The notes under the pieces were generated by a model that worked only from the letters and a program-made list of their open reading frames with translations, was not told where the DNA came from and ran no database searches. Source: a virus (Duplodnaviria; Caudoviricetes). Taken from it: a DNA stretch of 60,325 nucleotides. The DNA is taken from the IMG/VR virus record IMGVR_UViG_3300030107_001017, positions 1-60,325 of that record, one strand, 5' to 3'. Of this stretch, positions 9,004-19,600 are shown piece after piece. Position numbers and translations under genes: made by a program. Each line of letters starts with the position of its first letter. Positions within the stretch are counted from its first letter, which is position 1.

Positions 9004-9933
9004 CTATCTTTTGACGTGTTTAGCGTATTCTTCAAGTGGCACTCCGAGTCTTTTTGCTATTGCAACCTCACTCGGTGTTAACTTGACTGTGCGTCCTTTT
9101 CCTGTTCCACTTCTAACTCCTCTGCTAGAATTAACAACATTCTCTTGAACGTTCGTTACTGGTGAGTCTTTTCCTCCGTATTTGTGGGGAAAAGCCTCTG
9201 CCATTCTTCTATCAACTTCTTGATAATAATCATCAGAAGCTGGATCAAATCCTTCATTTTCAACCAACTGCCTATGAAACGCGAAAGCACTCGTAGTCAT
9301 AGCCAAATCGTTACCGAACCACTCATTTTTCTTAGCCCATTCCTGTGCTTTTGAATCAGGTTGCGGCGGTGGTGCTTGCACTTGGGGTTGCGGCTGTTGG
9401 GCAAACTGTTGTTGAGGTTGTTGAACTTCAACAAGTTGCTCAGCTTTTTGTTGTTCGGGTTTAACCCGATTTAAACTTTCAAGCTCAACAGCAAGCGTTG
9501 CCACATCCTTCTGCGCAGCCAACATTTCATCTGTTTCCCCGAGATCGTGTGCTTTTTTATAACGATCTTCGGCAGCTGCAAGTTGGCTTTCAACTCTTGC
9601 ACTGTACTCATCATATAGGCTTTTATCTTTTTGTGAAAGTGATGCCTGAGTAGTGTTTAATTTTTCTTGAACATTCTTAGCATATTCAATCGCAGCTTGT
9701 TCTCTTCTTTCCGCTTCACGAATCTTATATGTCAGCTTGTTGATTCGTTTTTTAACAGACTCGCTATAGTCTGCTATTTCTTCTTCTTCAGATTTTTCTG
9801 CTACTGGTTGCGGTGCGGTTTGAACTTCAGCCTGTGATGTTTCTAGTTCAGGGGTTTGCTCTTCTGTTTCTTCTGTTTCAGTAGGTTCTAGCTCTATCTC
9901 TACTGATTCTTCTGCTTGCATGGGGTCAGCCAT
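9004..9933 (-). CDS. Capsid scaffolding protein
   Basis: Acidic N-terminus, coiled coil, C-terminal VKLTPSEVAIAKRLGVPLEEYAK; position between portal and capsid. Confidence 0.75.
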   Translation of the reverse strand: MADPMQAEESVEIELEPTETEETEEQTPELETSQAEVQTAPQPVAEKSEEEEIADYSESVKKRINKLTYKIREAERREQAAIEYAKNVQEKLNTTQASLSQKDKSLYDEYSARVESQLAAAEDRYKKAHDLGETDEMLAAQKDVATLAVELESLNRVKPEQQKAEQLVEVQQPQQQFAQQPQPQVQAPPPQPDSKAQEWAKKNEWFGNDLAMTTSAFAFHRQLVENEGFDPASDDYYQEVDRRMAEAFPHKYGGKDSPVTNVQENVVNSSRGVRSGTGKGRTVKLTPSEVAIAKRLGVPLEEYAKHVKR

Positions 9934-9957
9934 GATTAGCCTCCTTTAATTGCGTGA

Positions 9958-10383
9958 TTACTGTACATCCTCTGGGTTACTTATAACCGCCAGTACTTCA
10001 TCATCGTTTAGTAAGCGCAAGTCACCACCATCTATTTTGATTCTGGCTCCTGCGTATCTGCCAAAAATAATCCAATCTTTTTCCTTACACCATGGGCCAT
10101 TAGGAAATTTATTTTCATCTTTGTAAGCATCTGGCCCTAAGGATATTACGAAACCGACATTCGTAGCTAGTCTTTCTTTTTCAACGTAAGACTCAGCTAA
10201 GTGGATTCCACCTTTAGTTACTGTTTTTTGGCTGAAAGGAAGTATCAACAACCTGTACCCTGTAGGGCCAGGCAACTTAGTTATTTCTTCATGAACGGTT
10301 TCTGGATTAAACTCTTTTTTGGCTTCGACGTTCCTAACCATCTCTACGTGATCTGGTATCGGTTTTGGTGCATCAACTGACAT
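9958..10383 (-). CDS. groES: GroES-like co-chaperonin
   Basis: PTGYRLLILP...TKGGIHL...VISLGPDAY...FGRYAG...RLLNDDEVLA, a Cpn10 signature. Confidence 0.85.
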   Translation of the reverse strand: MSVDAPKPIPDHVEMVRNVEAKKEFNPETVHEEITKLPGPTGYRLLILPFSQKTVTKGGIHLAESYVEKERLATNVGFVISLGPDAYKDENKFPNGPWCKEKDWIIFGRYAGARIKIDGGDLRLLNDDEVLAVISNPEDVQ

Positions 10384-10573
10384 CTTCTTGCTCCTTGATG
10401 TTTTGCAGGTCTATTATTATTCTCTCGGCTGAACTAAGACCTGATAGTTCACCCAAAATTTTCTGATAGGCTTCCCAGTCCTTTACTCCTCCAGTCACTA
10501 AGATTTCTGTTAGGTCCTCTTGTCTTTTTCGTAGTTCTCTTAATACTTTATCTACTATATAAAGTGGATCCAC
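10373..10573 (-). CDS. Hypothetical helical protein
   Basis: GGVKDWEAYQKILGELSGL; directly upstream of the GroES-like gene. Confidence 0.7.
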   Translation of the reverse strand: MDPLYIVDKVLRELRKRQEDLTEILVTGGVKDWEAYQKILGELSGLSSAERIIIDLQNIKEQEDVS

Positions 10574-10849
10574 CTAACAGTTCCAGTCTCTACGTGCCCA
10601 GTAATTAGCACTACACCTATCGCTTTTTATGCCGCCGCTGCGAGCACAATAAGATTTTTTACGTTTTTTGTTTTCTTTGTGCATGCCTAAGTTAGCGTCA
10701 CCAAACGTAATACGTTTAATTCTGTTACCGTCACTGCTGCATTTAGAAACAAAAACAACTTTGCGTTTTTTACCGTATCCAGGTTCACCTTTACGAATAG
10801 CTCTCGGTCTATTGAGCGTTACTTTTTTACCTTGATATTCAGCCATCAC
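10574..10849 (-). CDS. Small basic protein
   Basis: K/R-rich; ITFGD...KSYCARS...ANYWARRDW. Confidence 0.7.
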   Translation of the reverse strand: MMAEYQGKKVTLNRPRAIRKGEPGYGKKRKVVFVSKCSSDGNRIKRITFGDANLGMHKENKKRKKSYCARSGGIKSDRCSANYWARRDWNC

Positions 10850-11154
10850 ATCATCCTTGTTTTTCTCAAACGGTTCTTCAGGACTATGCCGTTACCTCTA
10901 GAAACAGCTCCACCAAACTGCATCTTTTTCTTTTTCTTTTTGCCTTTTATTAAATCAGAGTCAGCCTTTCTTGCTCCACCTTTACCTGTAGCAAAACTTC
11001 TTACTCTTCCACAGCCCCAGCTGTGTGAACTTTGTCCGGGTCTGGAACCTGAACTAAAAAATGCACCCTGACCACGCTTATATACTTTATTGAGAGTGCT
11101 TTCTGATTTACCGCTGCTTTTAGCGTACTTTTTAACGCATGCTGGAGTTCCCAT
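10846..11154 (-). CDS. Small basic protein
   Basis: KVYKRGQGAFFSSGSRPG...WGCGRVRSF, poly-K, then MQFGGAV. Confidence 0.7.
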   Translation of the reverse strand: MGTPACVKKYAKSSGKSESTLNKVYKRGQGAFFSSGSRPGQSSHSWGCGRVRSFATGKGGARKADSDLIKGKKKKKKMQFGGAVSRGNGIVLKNRLRKTRMM

Positions 11155-11366
11155 TACTTTTTCCTCTTTTTCGGTTTTTTCTTAGCGTCTTTAGCTCGTG
11201 ACTTTTCTACAGCCTCGTAATCGGCTTTAGTCATTTTACCGGAAAGATACTTTTTTCTGGTTCGTAGTATTTCTTTTTCTCTCGCGCTGGGATTCTTAGC
11301 TCCAGCGAGGTATGCTCTAGGAACGCCTTTTTTAGTCTTACTAACTTTTGGAAATTTACGACGCAT
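11154..11366 (-). CDS. Small basic protein
   Basis: Very K/R-rich 70-aa ORF coupled to its neighbours. Confidence 0.7.
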   Translation of the reverse strand: MRRKFPKVSKTKKGVPRAYLAGAKNPSAREKEILRTRKKYLSGKMTKADYEAVEKSRAKDAKKKPKKRKK

Positions 11367-12034
11367 TAATCTTCGTACAAATTATTAAAAGTTATAGCAG
11401 GGTCGAGATAACTTTCATGGCCCTCAGCTGAGTGAATATACTGAGAAGGTGTGAAATCTGGAGCTCCTTCTCCTGTCACCCACAGAGCTGGGCTGGTCGC
11501 TCTGACTCTGTTGTTCGGTAATGCTACTAAATTTCCTTTCCATTTACAATCTTCTGTGATGTACATAACGTGGGACTGTTTGTGTTGGGCAGGATCATCA
11601 GCTATAGAGTTATCTGTGTAGTCTACAGTGAACATGTATTTCGCTCTGTAAAAGTCACCGTCTATTTTAGCTAACCACGGTGAAGAACTCACCCTATCCA
11701 TAACTACTACAGAGTGGTGTCTAGATTCACAATCCCACGGTTGTGCTAAATGATCTTCCATGGGTTCTCCCCACTCGTCAACTGGGATATCGGCTATTAA
11801 CCCCTGTATAGGCATTCTTGCCCACATGGCACCACCATGAAGATTCTTTTCTTTTGTTCCTTGAACTTCTGCGCCTGTGAAAACAACTTGAAAACTGAGA
11901 GATCGGTCGGGTATAGTGTTAACGGCTATAGCTAAAGCGTGTAGGTATTCTTGGTGGTAATCTTCATGATTAGCAGTAAACTCCTTCCTCACCCAGCATT
12001 TAAAGTGAGGAATGTTACTAATCAGGTATGGCAT
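11366..12034 (-). CDS. Conserved hypothetical phage protein
   Basis: MPYLISNIP...GGAMWARMPI...QPWDC...QHKQSH...LPNNRVR. Confidence 0.75.
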   Translation of the reverse strand: MPYLISNIPHFKCWVRKEFTANHEDYHQEYLHALAIAVNTIPDRSLSFQVVFTGAEVQGTKEKNLHGGAMWARMPIQGLIADIPVDEWGEPMEDHLAQPWDCESRHHSVVVMDRVSSSPWLAKIDGDFYRAKYMFTVDYTDNSIADDPAQHKQSHVMYITEDCKWKGNLVALPNNRVRATSPALWVTGEGAPDFTPSQYIHSAEGHESYLDPAITFNNLYED

Positions 12035-12364
12035 CTAGCAGTGTTTAGTGGTCTTTCTTCTATCCGGCATCACCGCACCGCAACCGCGATGCTTAGATTT
12101 TCTAATTTTAGCTTCGCCACCTGTGTTCATAAAACCCATACGGTTTCTTACTTCTTTGGGTAGCTTACGAAGACCTTTATTATCTTTAGGTACTTCTTTC
12201 AAAACTTCACCGCCACGGTTTTTACCCTGAGCTGTTTTTATTTGTGCTTCTGTTGGAGCACCTTTCTCGCCTTTTTTACGCATTCGTTCACCGCTTCCTG
12301 CAGCGATTCTTTTACGTTTAGCGTTAATGTTGGCCCAGAGTCCGGGTCTTTTTGTTTTAGCCAT
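12035..12364 (-). CDS. Small basic protein with GG motifs
   Basis: GLWANINAKRKRIAAGSGERMRK...NRGGEV...NTGGEA...RGCGAV. Confidence 0.7.
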   Translation of the reverse strand: MAKTKRPGLWANINAKRKRIAAGSGERMRKKGEKGAPTEAQIKTAQGKNRGGEVLKEVPKDNKGLRKLPKEVRNRMGFMNTGGEAKIRKSKHRGCGAVMPDRRKTTKHC

Positions 12365-12507
12365 TATCTTTTGGCTCTTCCACCTTTTTTCATACCTGTG
12401 CGCTTACCGCCTGTGGTTTTGTACTTAGTCTTTTTAGCACCACCACCCATCATCATACCTTTGCGCTTACCGCCTGTGGTTTTGTATTTACTTGTTTTCT
12501 TGTTCAT
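12364..12507 (-). CDS. 47-aa protamine-like basic peptide (not in ORF track)
   Basis: Translated by hand: MNKKTSKYKTTGGKRKGMMMGGGAKKTKYKTTGGKRTGMKKGGRAKR. It overlaps both neighbours by TAATG coupling and has an internal duplication. Confidence 0.8.
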   Translation of the reverse strand: MNKKTSKYKTTGGKRKGMMMGGGAKKTKYKTTGGKRTGMKKGGRAKR

Positions 12508-12704
12508 TATCTTGCTCCGCTAGGACTCGTGTTAAATTTTGTGCCTTTTGTAGCAGCACCCTTACCTTGGACTGTTTTTTGCCCAAGACCAAAAACGCTT
12601 TTGCTGGTTGAGTTAAGAATTGTTGTTCCTTTAACTGGTTCAGCTAGATTAATCTTTTTAGGAGCAGGAAAGCTCACACTTTTGTATTTAGTTGTATCTT
12701 TCAT
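12507..12704 (-). CDS. Small basic protein
   Basis: C-terminal GKGAATKGTKF; follows the portal gene. Confidence 0.7.
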   Translation of the reverse strand: MKDTTKYKSVSFPAPKKINLAEPVKGTTILNSTSKSVFGLGQKTVQGKGAATKGTKFNTSPSGAR

Positions 12705-15104
12705 TTACGCACCTTTTGTTGTAGAGTCGGATGATCGAACATCTCTCAATATTTGACCATACGTTTTATTAATATCTCCTTGGGCTCTGAGCAGGGCTTC
12801 TTCTCTATCTTGAGCTACTTTCATTTCTGCTATTGACTCTTGTGATTCTATTTTAGCTAAATCTACTTCGCTTCGTAAAGCGTCGGCTTGAGCCTTCTGA
12901 GCAAGTTCTTGTTGCTTCAACTGAACTATTGGGTCTACTTGAGCATTTTGTTGAGCTTGTATCAATGCTTGTTGTTGGCCTGTTACCTGTTGAGCAGCAT
13001 TAGCCGCAGCTAGTGCTATCTCATTCATTAGTTGTTGAGCTTGTTCTGGCGGCATTTGTTGCATTTGATCAAGGGGTGGCAACTGTTGGCCGAGGACTTG
13101 TTCAATCTGTTGTTTATACCCCATGGCTGTGTGTTCTTGTATGTTAGCTGAAATAGCTTGAAGAGCCACAGGGTTTTGCTGCATTTGTGGGTTTTGTAAA
13201 AACGCACTGTGGGCACCGATGTACGCATCATGATTTTGAAACTCAAACGCTTTTATAGGTTGTCCCATTATTGCGGCTTGCTGTTCGCTTATTGGGTCTC
13301 TTGGTGGAACCTCAGCTGGTTCAGGTAAGAGTAGCTCAATATTTTTGACCTCTAATGCTTCGTACATTCTTTTGTACGCTTCTCGTAAATTGTGTATATC
13401 CGGCGCGGCTTGAGCCATCTGTAGCTCTTGTTGAGCTAACATCACACGTTGTGCCATACTGAATATATTAGGGTCACTAACCGGAAGTATATCTATACGA
13501 TCATCGAAGTCTACTTGTTTGATCTCTTGACTGGCGTTAGCTACGGGGTAAGGATAGCTAGGGGGAAGGGATCTTGAGAATACACCAGCCAAGAGACGAA
13601 ACTCTTTTCTTTGAGCAAAATGCAACCGCTTATGTATAGCTGACATAACTTTTGTGCCGCGCTCTAACATTGCCACGGTAGTACCTACTGGTAATTGTTG
13701 GCTGCCGATATCGCCAACTTGCATGTCGGCTATGCTAGCGAACCTTCTGCCTGAATCAATCAATATTCCTAATAACTGACTAAGAACACTACTTGGTTCT
13801 TTATAGGGCAGCGGCATTAACGCATCTCTAATAGCACCACCAGGAACATCTACATCCCTAAATTCTCCGGGTCTTAACGGCTCATCTTCTCCTTGCACCC
13901 GCATACCACGTGCCTTGAACCCTGCAGGAAGGTTACTGAGCGTACCCGCATCAATCAACTGACGTAAAATAGAGGTCGTTGACTTAGTCAACCCGCCAAT
14001 CATGTGAATCAAGCCGAAACCATAAAAACCGAGTCCTGGAAGGAACTTATAGTGCACAAAATACTCTTTTTTACGGAATAATTCGTCGTTTATGGCCCAG
14101 TTTCGACGTATACTGAGGACTTCATTTGAGTCTTCTAGCATAGTAACTATGTATGGAACAGCAAAATCATACTCATCTACACCTTCTAACTCTAAATCGA
14201 CGTGTATTTCTAGTAACGTATACTCGTTATAGTCGCTACTAGGCTTACTGAGTCCTTGTAATTCGTCTATTTTCTCTTTTGCTTCGTCATATTCGACTTC
14301 TCCGGCCGAACCAAGCGGAATATCTCGGTAAATACCGTTTAATTGCATTTTTCTGATGTCATTTCCGGTCATATTAATGACATGAGTAATTCTTGGCGAC
14401 GTTTCTAGGTTAGTTGTGTCATAACTGACGACTAAATTCTCCGCTTTTACAAAAGCCGAAGTTGCGCGGCCTAATAGTGAGTCAAAATAGACTTTTTTGA
14501 AGGCAGAACCCGCCAAAGGTAGGTAAAAAAGCAAACTATCCATGTCTGGATCGTATTCTTGCATCACTTCTGTGATTTGGTAGTTCATAAACTCCTTGAC
14601 ACGTTGAGATTGTGCCATTATTTCGGGAGTTTCTAGTCCTACGATCTTTGTATTGACTGGACCGTTGGGTGGTAACAGCTCTTTATACGCTTGGGCTTGA
14701 AATTGAGTGGCTGCTTCTGACAATAATGGGTGGGTTACCCCACTAGCACCAGGAAAAGGCATGTCACGGTCTTCTGATTTTATACCTAAAAGGTCTAAAC
14801 CGTCACTGAATGTGGTTAGCCACTCGTGTCTTGACTCCTTATCCTCTTCAAAAGAGCCCATAAGTTCTGATGAAATCTCATTTAAAGAACTATCATCTAG
14901 CACCATGGCTAAATTCATGTTGTGTTCTTGTTCTTGCATTGCTGCCATTTCTGGCATGGGCAGCATTTCACCATCTTGCCCTACTTGGAACTCAACACCA
15001 CCTTCCGAGTCTTCCTCATCCGGCAGTTGTACTATTAGTTCCTCCTCTTCTTCTACGAGAAGAGGACTACCTTGATTGGGAAATCTTTGAACTTCTATTG
15101 CCAT
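12705..15104 (-). CDS. Portal protein
   Basis: PFPGASGVTHPLL, LPLAGSAFKKVY, GLGFYGFGLIH, LRQLIDAGTLSNLP; follows TerL. Confidence 0.9.
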   Translation of the reverse strand: MAIEVQRFPNQGSPLLVEEEEELIVQLPDEEDSEGGVEFQVGQDGEMLPMPEMAAMQEQEHNMNLAMVLDDSSLNEISSELMGSFEEDKESRHEWLTTFSDGLDLLGIKSEDRDMPFPGASGVTHPLLSEAATQFQAQAYKELLPPNGPVNTKIVGLETPEIMAQSQRVKEFMNYQITEVMQEYDPDMDSLLFYLPLAGSAFKKVYFDSLLGRATSAFVKAENLVVSYDTTNLETSPRITHVINMTGNDIRKMQLNGIYRDIPLGSAGEVEYDEAKEKIDELQGLSKPSSDYNEYTLLEIHVDLELEGVDEYDFAVPYIVTMLEDSNEVLSIRRNWAINDELFRKKEYFVHYKFLPGLGFYGFGLIHMIGGLTKSTTSILRQLIDAGTLSNLPAGFKARGMRVQGEDEPLRPGEFRDVDVPGGAIRDALMPLPYKEPSSVLSQLLGILIDSGRRFASIADMQVGDIGSQQLPVGTTVAMLERGTKVMSAIHKRLHFAQRKEFRLLAGVFSRSLPPSYPYPVANASQEIKQVDFDDRIDILPVSDPNIFSMAQRVMLAQQELQMAQAAPDIHNLREAYKRMYEALEVKNIELLLPEPAEVPPRDPISEQQAAIMGQPIKAFEFQNHDAYIGAHSAFLQNPQMQQNPVALQAISANIQEHTAMGYKQQIEQVLGQQLPPLDQMQQMPPEQAQQLMNEIALAAANAAQQVTGQQQALIQAQQNAQVDPIVQLKQQELAQKAQADALRSEVDLAKIESQESIAEMKVAQDREEALLRAQGDINKTYGQILRDVRSSDSTTKGA

Positions 15105-15123
15105 AGTATTGGGTTCCTATGTC

Positions 15124-16635
15124 TCAATAATAACTTATTTTCTTTCGGTATAAAACTTCTTCCTCGTAGTCACTAGGTAGCTTAATAAACCCGCCTTGTC
15201 TAAAACGCATGAGTGCTTGAGTGGTTGAGTCAACCAAATCATCGTGGTCTCCCGCAGGAAACGCTGCGCATTCTTCAATAACATCATGTGCCCAAGTGGT
15301 ATCGGGGTGCCAAACCATACCAGATTCAAACAACGGTGCACAACTATTGACTCTTGCAACCTTATCACTGCCTTTAGAGGGCGTGAAGTTTTGAACCGGA
15401 ATACCTACGTTGCGTAGTTCTTGGGTTAAGGGCATACCGGATGCCTTACCTTCTATTATCACTACGTCTGGTGACCAGTGCTCATATTGTTTGAACGCTT
15501 GCCCCTTGAGTTCTGGGAAGTTGTACTTACCCTTAACCACGTCGAGTAAAATAATGTGCGGTGCGTCTCCGTTGTAGATCTCGTCACCGCCTAGTCTACC
15601 TTCTGGGTAAAACACTCCCCATGTGGTTATGGCAGAATAGTCAGCCATCTCTGACTTCAAGAATGCTGTGTCGTAACTTTGAATAATATATTCACAGTTA
15701 GGTGGCTCATTATTTGGCCACTCCATCCACCACTCTCTTTTTATAAGTGCGCCTTCTTCTGAGGTGGGGTTCTGCATGTACTGAGCGTGCCATTTCGGGC
15801 CACCTCGTAAACTAGCCTTAACACTTTCTAGTTCATCTATCTCCCAGTATTCTGGCCAAAGTGGTTTACCGCTAGGCAATATAGCAGGTAACTCTATTAA
15901 CTCCCACTGATCGGCTTTAGGATCTCGGGCTGCATCTTTTAATAAACGGCCTGTTAAATCATTGACGTTCCACCTTGTCATTACTATGACAATGGACCCT
16001 CCTGGCTGAAGTCGCTGCCGTGGTCCAGAGGTGTACCACTCGTAAGTATCTTCCATGGACTTTGGGTTAAGTGCATCTTGCTCTGAGTGGGGGTCATCAA
16101 TAATAAATAGATCCGCGCCGCGACCCGCTAACGCACCGCCCACACCCGCCGCATAATACTCACCTTTGAGCTTGGGGTTTTTAGTATCTTGGGTTTCCCA
16201 TTTACCTGCTGCTTTTGAATCAGGGTTGATGGCTACGGAATCAAATATTCTTTGATAGTCTTCGGTTAACATCAAGTCACGAATTTTACGGCCGAACTTT
16301 ACCGCTAGGTCTGCAGTGTGCGTAGCCTGTAATATCTTGAGAGATGGATTACGGCCCACGAGATACGCTGGAAACATATGGCTAGCAAACTCAGACTTCG
16401 TGTGTCGTGGAGGCATGTTAATGATTAATCGCTTGACCTTGCCTGTAGCGATACGGTCAAATGCCTCGGCCATGGTTTTATGGTGTGCGCCTTGTATAAA
16501 ACTAGGCCACTGAGATTTTACAAAACCTAAAAAATCTGTTTGAGCGGTTTCTATCTCTTGTATTTCTTTTAGCCTTTCAGCTAACTCTAGGTGCTCTTTG
16601 AGAACATCCTCAGGCAGTTGATCCAGTTGGTTCAT
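15124..16635 (-). CDS. terL: Terminase large subunit
   Basis: Walker A variant MPPRHTKS, Walker B IIDDP, VMTRW, nuclease motifs SYDTA and HDDLVDS. Confidence 0.95.
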   Translation of the reverse strand: MNQLDQLPEDVLKEHLELAERLKEIQEIETAQTDFLGFVKSQWPSFIQGAHHKTMAEAFDRIATGKVKRLIINMPPRHTKSEFASHMFPAYLVGRNPSLKILQATHTADLAVKFGRKIRDLMLTEDYQRIFDSVAINPDSKAAGKWETQDTKNPKLKGEYYAAGVGGALAGRGADLFIIDDPHSEQDALNPKSMEDTYEWYTSGPRQRLQPGGSIVIVMTRWNVNDLTGRLLKDAARDPKADQWELIELPAILPSGKPLWPEYWEIDELESVKASLRGGPKWHAQYMQNPTSEEGALIKREWWMEWPNNEPPNCEYIIQSYDTAFLKSEMADYSAITTWGVFYPEGRLGGDEIYNGDAPHIILLDVVKGKYNFPELKGQAFKQYEHWSPDVVIIEGKASGMPLTQELRNVGIPVQNFTPSKGSDKVARVNSCAPLFESGMVWHPDTTWAHDVIEECAAFPAGDHDDLVDSTTQALMRFRQGGFIKLPSDYEEEVLYRKKISYY

Positions 16636-19600
16636 TAATATTTAAGATTCATCAATGGTCGATTGACTGTGCCACCACGAGCATAACCACCGAGTGGTCT
16701 TGAACCTCCAGGCATGGTGGAATCTTTTATCTGCATTCTTCCTCCTGGTTGTCTTATGGGGGCACCTTCTGGGATGCCGTCTATCGCTATTTTTCTTGAA
16801 GTTCCTGTAGTTTCGTTTACGAGCATTACTGAACCGTCGGCTCCTTGAATATATACATCGTCTGGGTGTGGACCACCCTGAATATATCTTCCACCGCCAC
16901 TGACACCTTGAGATTGAGACAATTGTGCACCTTGTGATCTTGGGTCGGGTATGGTGATTGAACGTTGAGGGTTTTCTATTCCTCCAGGAACTTGGGCTTC
17001 AGCTTCTTTTATTCTTCTAGCTAGGTCTTGATACTGAGCGGTTTCCCCTTGTATGTTGGGGTCCAACTTAAAACCTCTGTATGCATGATGGCCTGTGTCC
17101 TGTACACCATAGTCTCCTCTACCCCTAACCTTACCGAGATATTGTCCTACTGATTTTTTACCTAATGTCCCGAGAGCACCTATGCCTGGGATCAAACCAA
17201 CTATGGACAACGCTGACATGATGCTTGGTGCAAGGGCGTCACCATATTGTCCAGCTACTACAGATCTTACTGCGTCTCTGCCATATTTAGCTGCACTGGC
17301 GACATCGGCCGCGAATCCTGCTGGAGTTTCTCCGGCTATTATCTGAGCTATGATGGGGGCTTCTTCGTAGGCTTCTACACCACGGTCTAGTAAATCTTTT
17401 GATTGTCCCCCTTTATCAAAGTATTGAAGGGGCATCATTGGTCTATTATTCACTTCTCCTCCTTTATTCATAAGCACTTTTTGGAATGCTTCGCGTATTT
17501 CGGGAGTCATTTGTATTTCTAAAAATTTGTTGCGGTTATCGTCCGTTATTTGTTTAGCATTGAGTTTAATGCCGTACTCAGCTTCTATTCTTTTTATACC
17601 CTGTCTCGTTTTTTGATCATATTGACGTCCTCTACGAGCGGATGTTTTTCCTGGACTTAATCGGAGACGTGCATCATCATCGCCTAGCTCGTGGCTAAAC
17701 TGCTGCATTCTTGCTGGGGCTGTGCCTTGATCCATACCTGTTTGTCTTTGCAAGGCGTAATCATTAATAGGGAACCAAACAGCATCAATACGAGGGTCTA
17801 CCGCTGCATCATTCATCGACATCTTCATATGCATGGGGAACCAATCTTCAAACATGTGTAACTTCGCGTCACCCGTGTCTTGCTTAACAACCATTGCTTG
17901 TAGGTTAGGAGAGAAGGCTTGTATTGCGGCTTGCTTCATCGTGTTTCTTTCTCGTAGTGCTAATGCTGTTCTACTGTGTTGTTTGTCTATTGGATCGAAT
18001 AAAGCGTGAGCTTCTGAAATACCATCATTGTACTGCTGGTCTGTGATAAAACCTCCCTCTAAATCTGCCGCTAGCTGATCCATTATACGGGATCTTTTAC
18101 GATTTACTTTATCGTAGTCGTAATCCATTCTTTTTACAGCGCGTTGATAGACTTCTTCAGAAGTTAGCTCTCTACCTAATTCTTGGTTATACTCTTTGGT
18201 GTTAAAACCGAACATGTTGTTAATTTGGTTGTTTTGAGTTTCTATGTAGTCCCTGTAGTTTTGTACCTCTTTTTTCCAATCATCGACTGTGTATCCTGGT
18301 TTAAGGTTTGGCTCTACTACTTGATCTAAATACTCTCCGGCATCTGCGTCCATACTTGAGTAATGTCCGGAAGCAGAACGTTGAGTTCCAGAACCACTAA
18401 AGTCCATACCGAAATCGAAATAAGTGTCTTCGGGCCTTGTTGTGCCTAAACGATATGCGATGTCATTACCTCTAACCGTAAAACCAAGCGTTTCCTGAAG
18501 GTTTTCTGCGTTATCACCAGCAGAAATTTTTTGTAAAACTTCGTCTTTTCTTTCAGGTCCTAACATACCGTACATCCCAGATTGGCCCTCGGCTGGGATT
18601 AAAACACGTTTGCCAGGTTCGTTGGGGTTAGTGCCGGAACCGAGAGGAGCCTTTACCTGATACACACCACTGCGTGTATGGAACACACGGTTGACCGCAT
18701 TTGAATCTCTGGGTGTATTTCTTATGTCTAGTGACCGTACCCCTGCGCCAACCTCTGGGTGTCCACCGTCAGGTAATACAAACTCGAACTTTTCTGGTGA
18801 GACGCTTACATTCTTTTCTGTGTATCTTAACAGCGGTAAAGTTCTGGCGGCTTCGGATATGCTTCTGGGGTTTTCGTCTGTGGGAATCATTGGCATATAG
18901 GTGGTGCCGCGCGAAGTGTCCAGTGCGTTTTGATCCTGCCCCCATATGTCAGTTCTTAGTCCGTCATCTACTTCTTCGGATGCTACTTGCATACTTGGTC
19001 TTGAGTCGACTTGCTGATGTATTTTGGGTTTATTGCGGCCGATCTCATCTAATACTTCTTGTAGGGTGGCCTTACCTTCTTTCATCTGCTCTGGGATCCA
19101 CTCATTAAACTGACGCTCAAGGTTCGCACGAGCTGCACCAGGAACAGAGTCTAGTGTGCTTTGTATCAACCCTCTTACGTTGTACTTTTTGTATGGGTTT
19201 TGAAACTGCTTATTATTGAGTATGGACCTTTCGGCCATGGTCTCTATTGTGAATGGTTGACCTGTTATGTCCACTTGGTCCCAATATTCTTCAGGAAAAC
19301 CCTGTTCATATGCGTCTTCTCTTGCTTCGTAGTTGTATGCTGCTCCTCTTGGGCTGGTGTCTTCGATTGTGTATTGTGTGGGGGTGACTCTGAGCTTTGC
19401 GGCTTGTTCTCTTAAAAAATCAGTACCTTTCCTAGTCACTGAACCAGGGACAAAGGGCAATGCGCCAAGGGCCGCGATCCCTGTTCCAATGTACGGCGAC
19501 CCTCCTTCAGTGGCTAGGTGATAACCTTCACGGATACCTTCTATGTCCCCGTAACCAGGGATCATGTCTATTGTGTCGACTATTCCTTGGGAGAGGCGAT

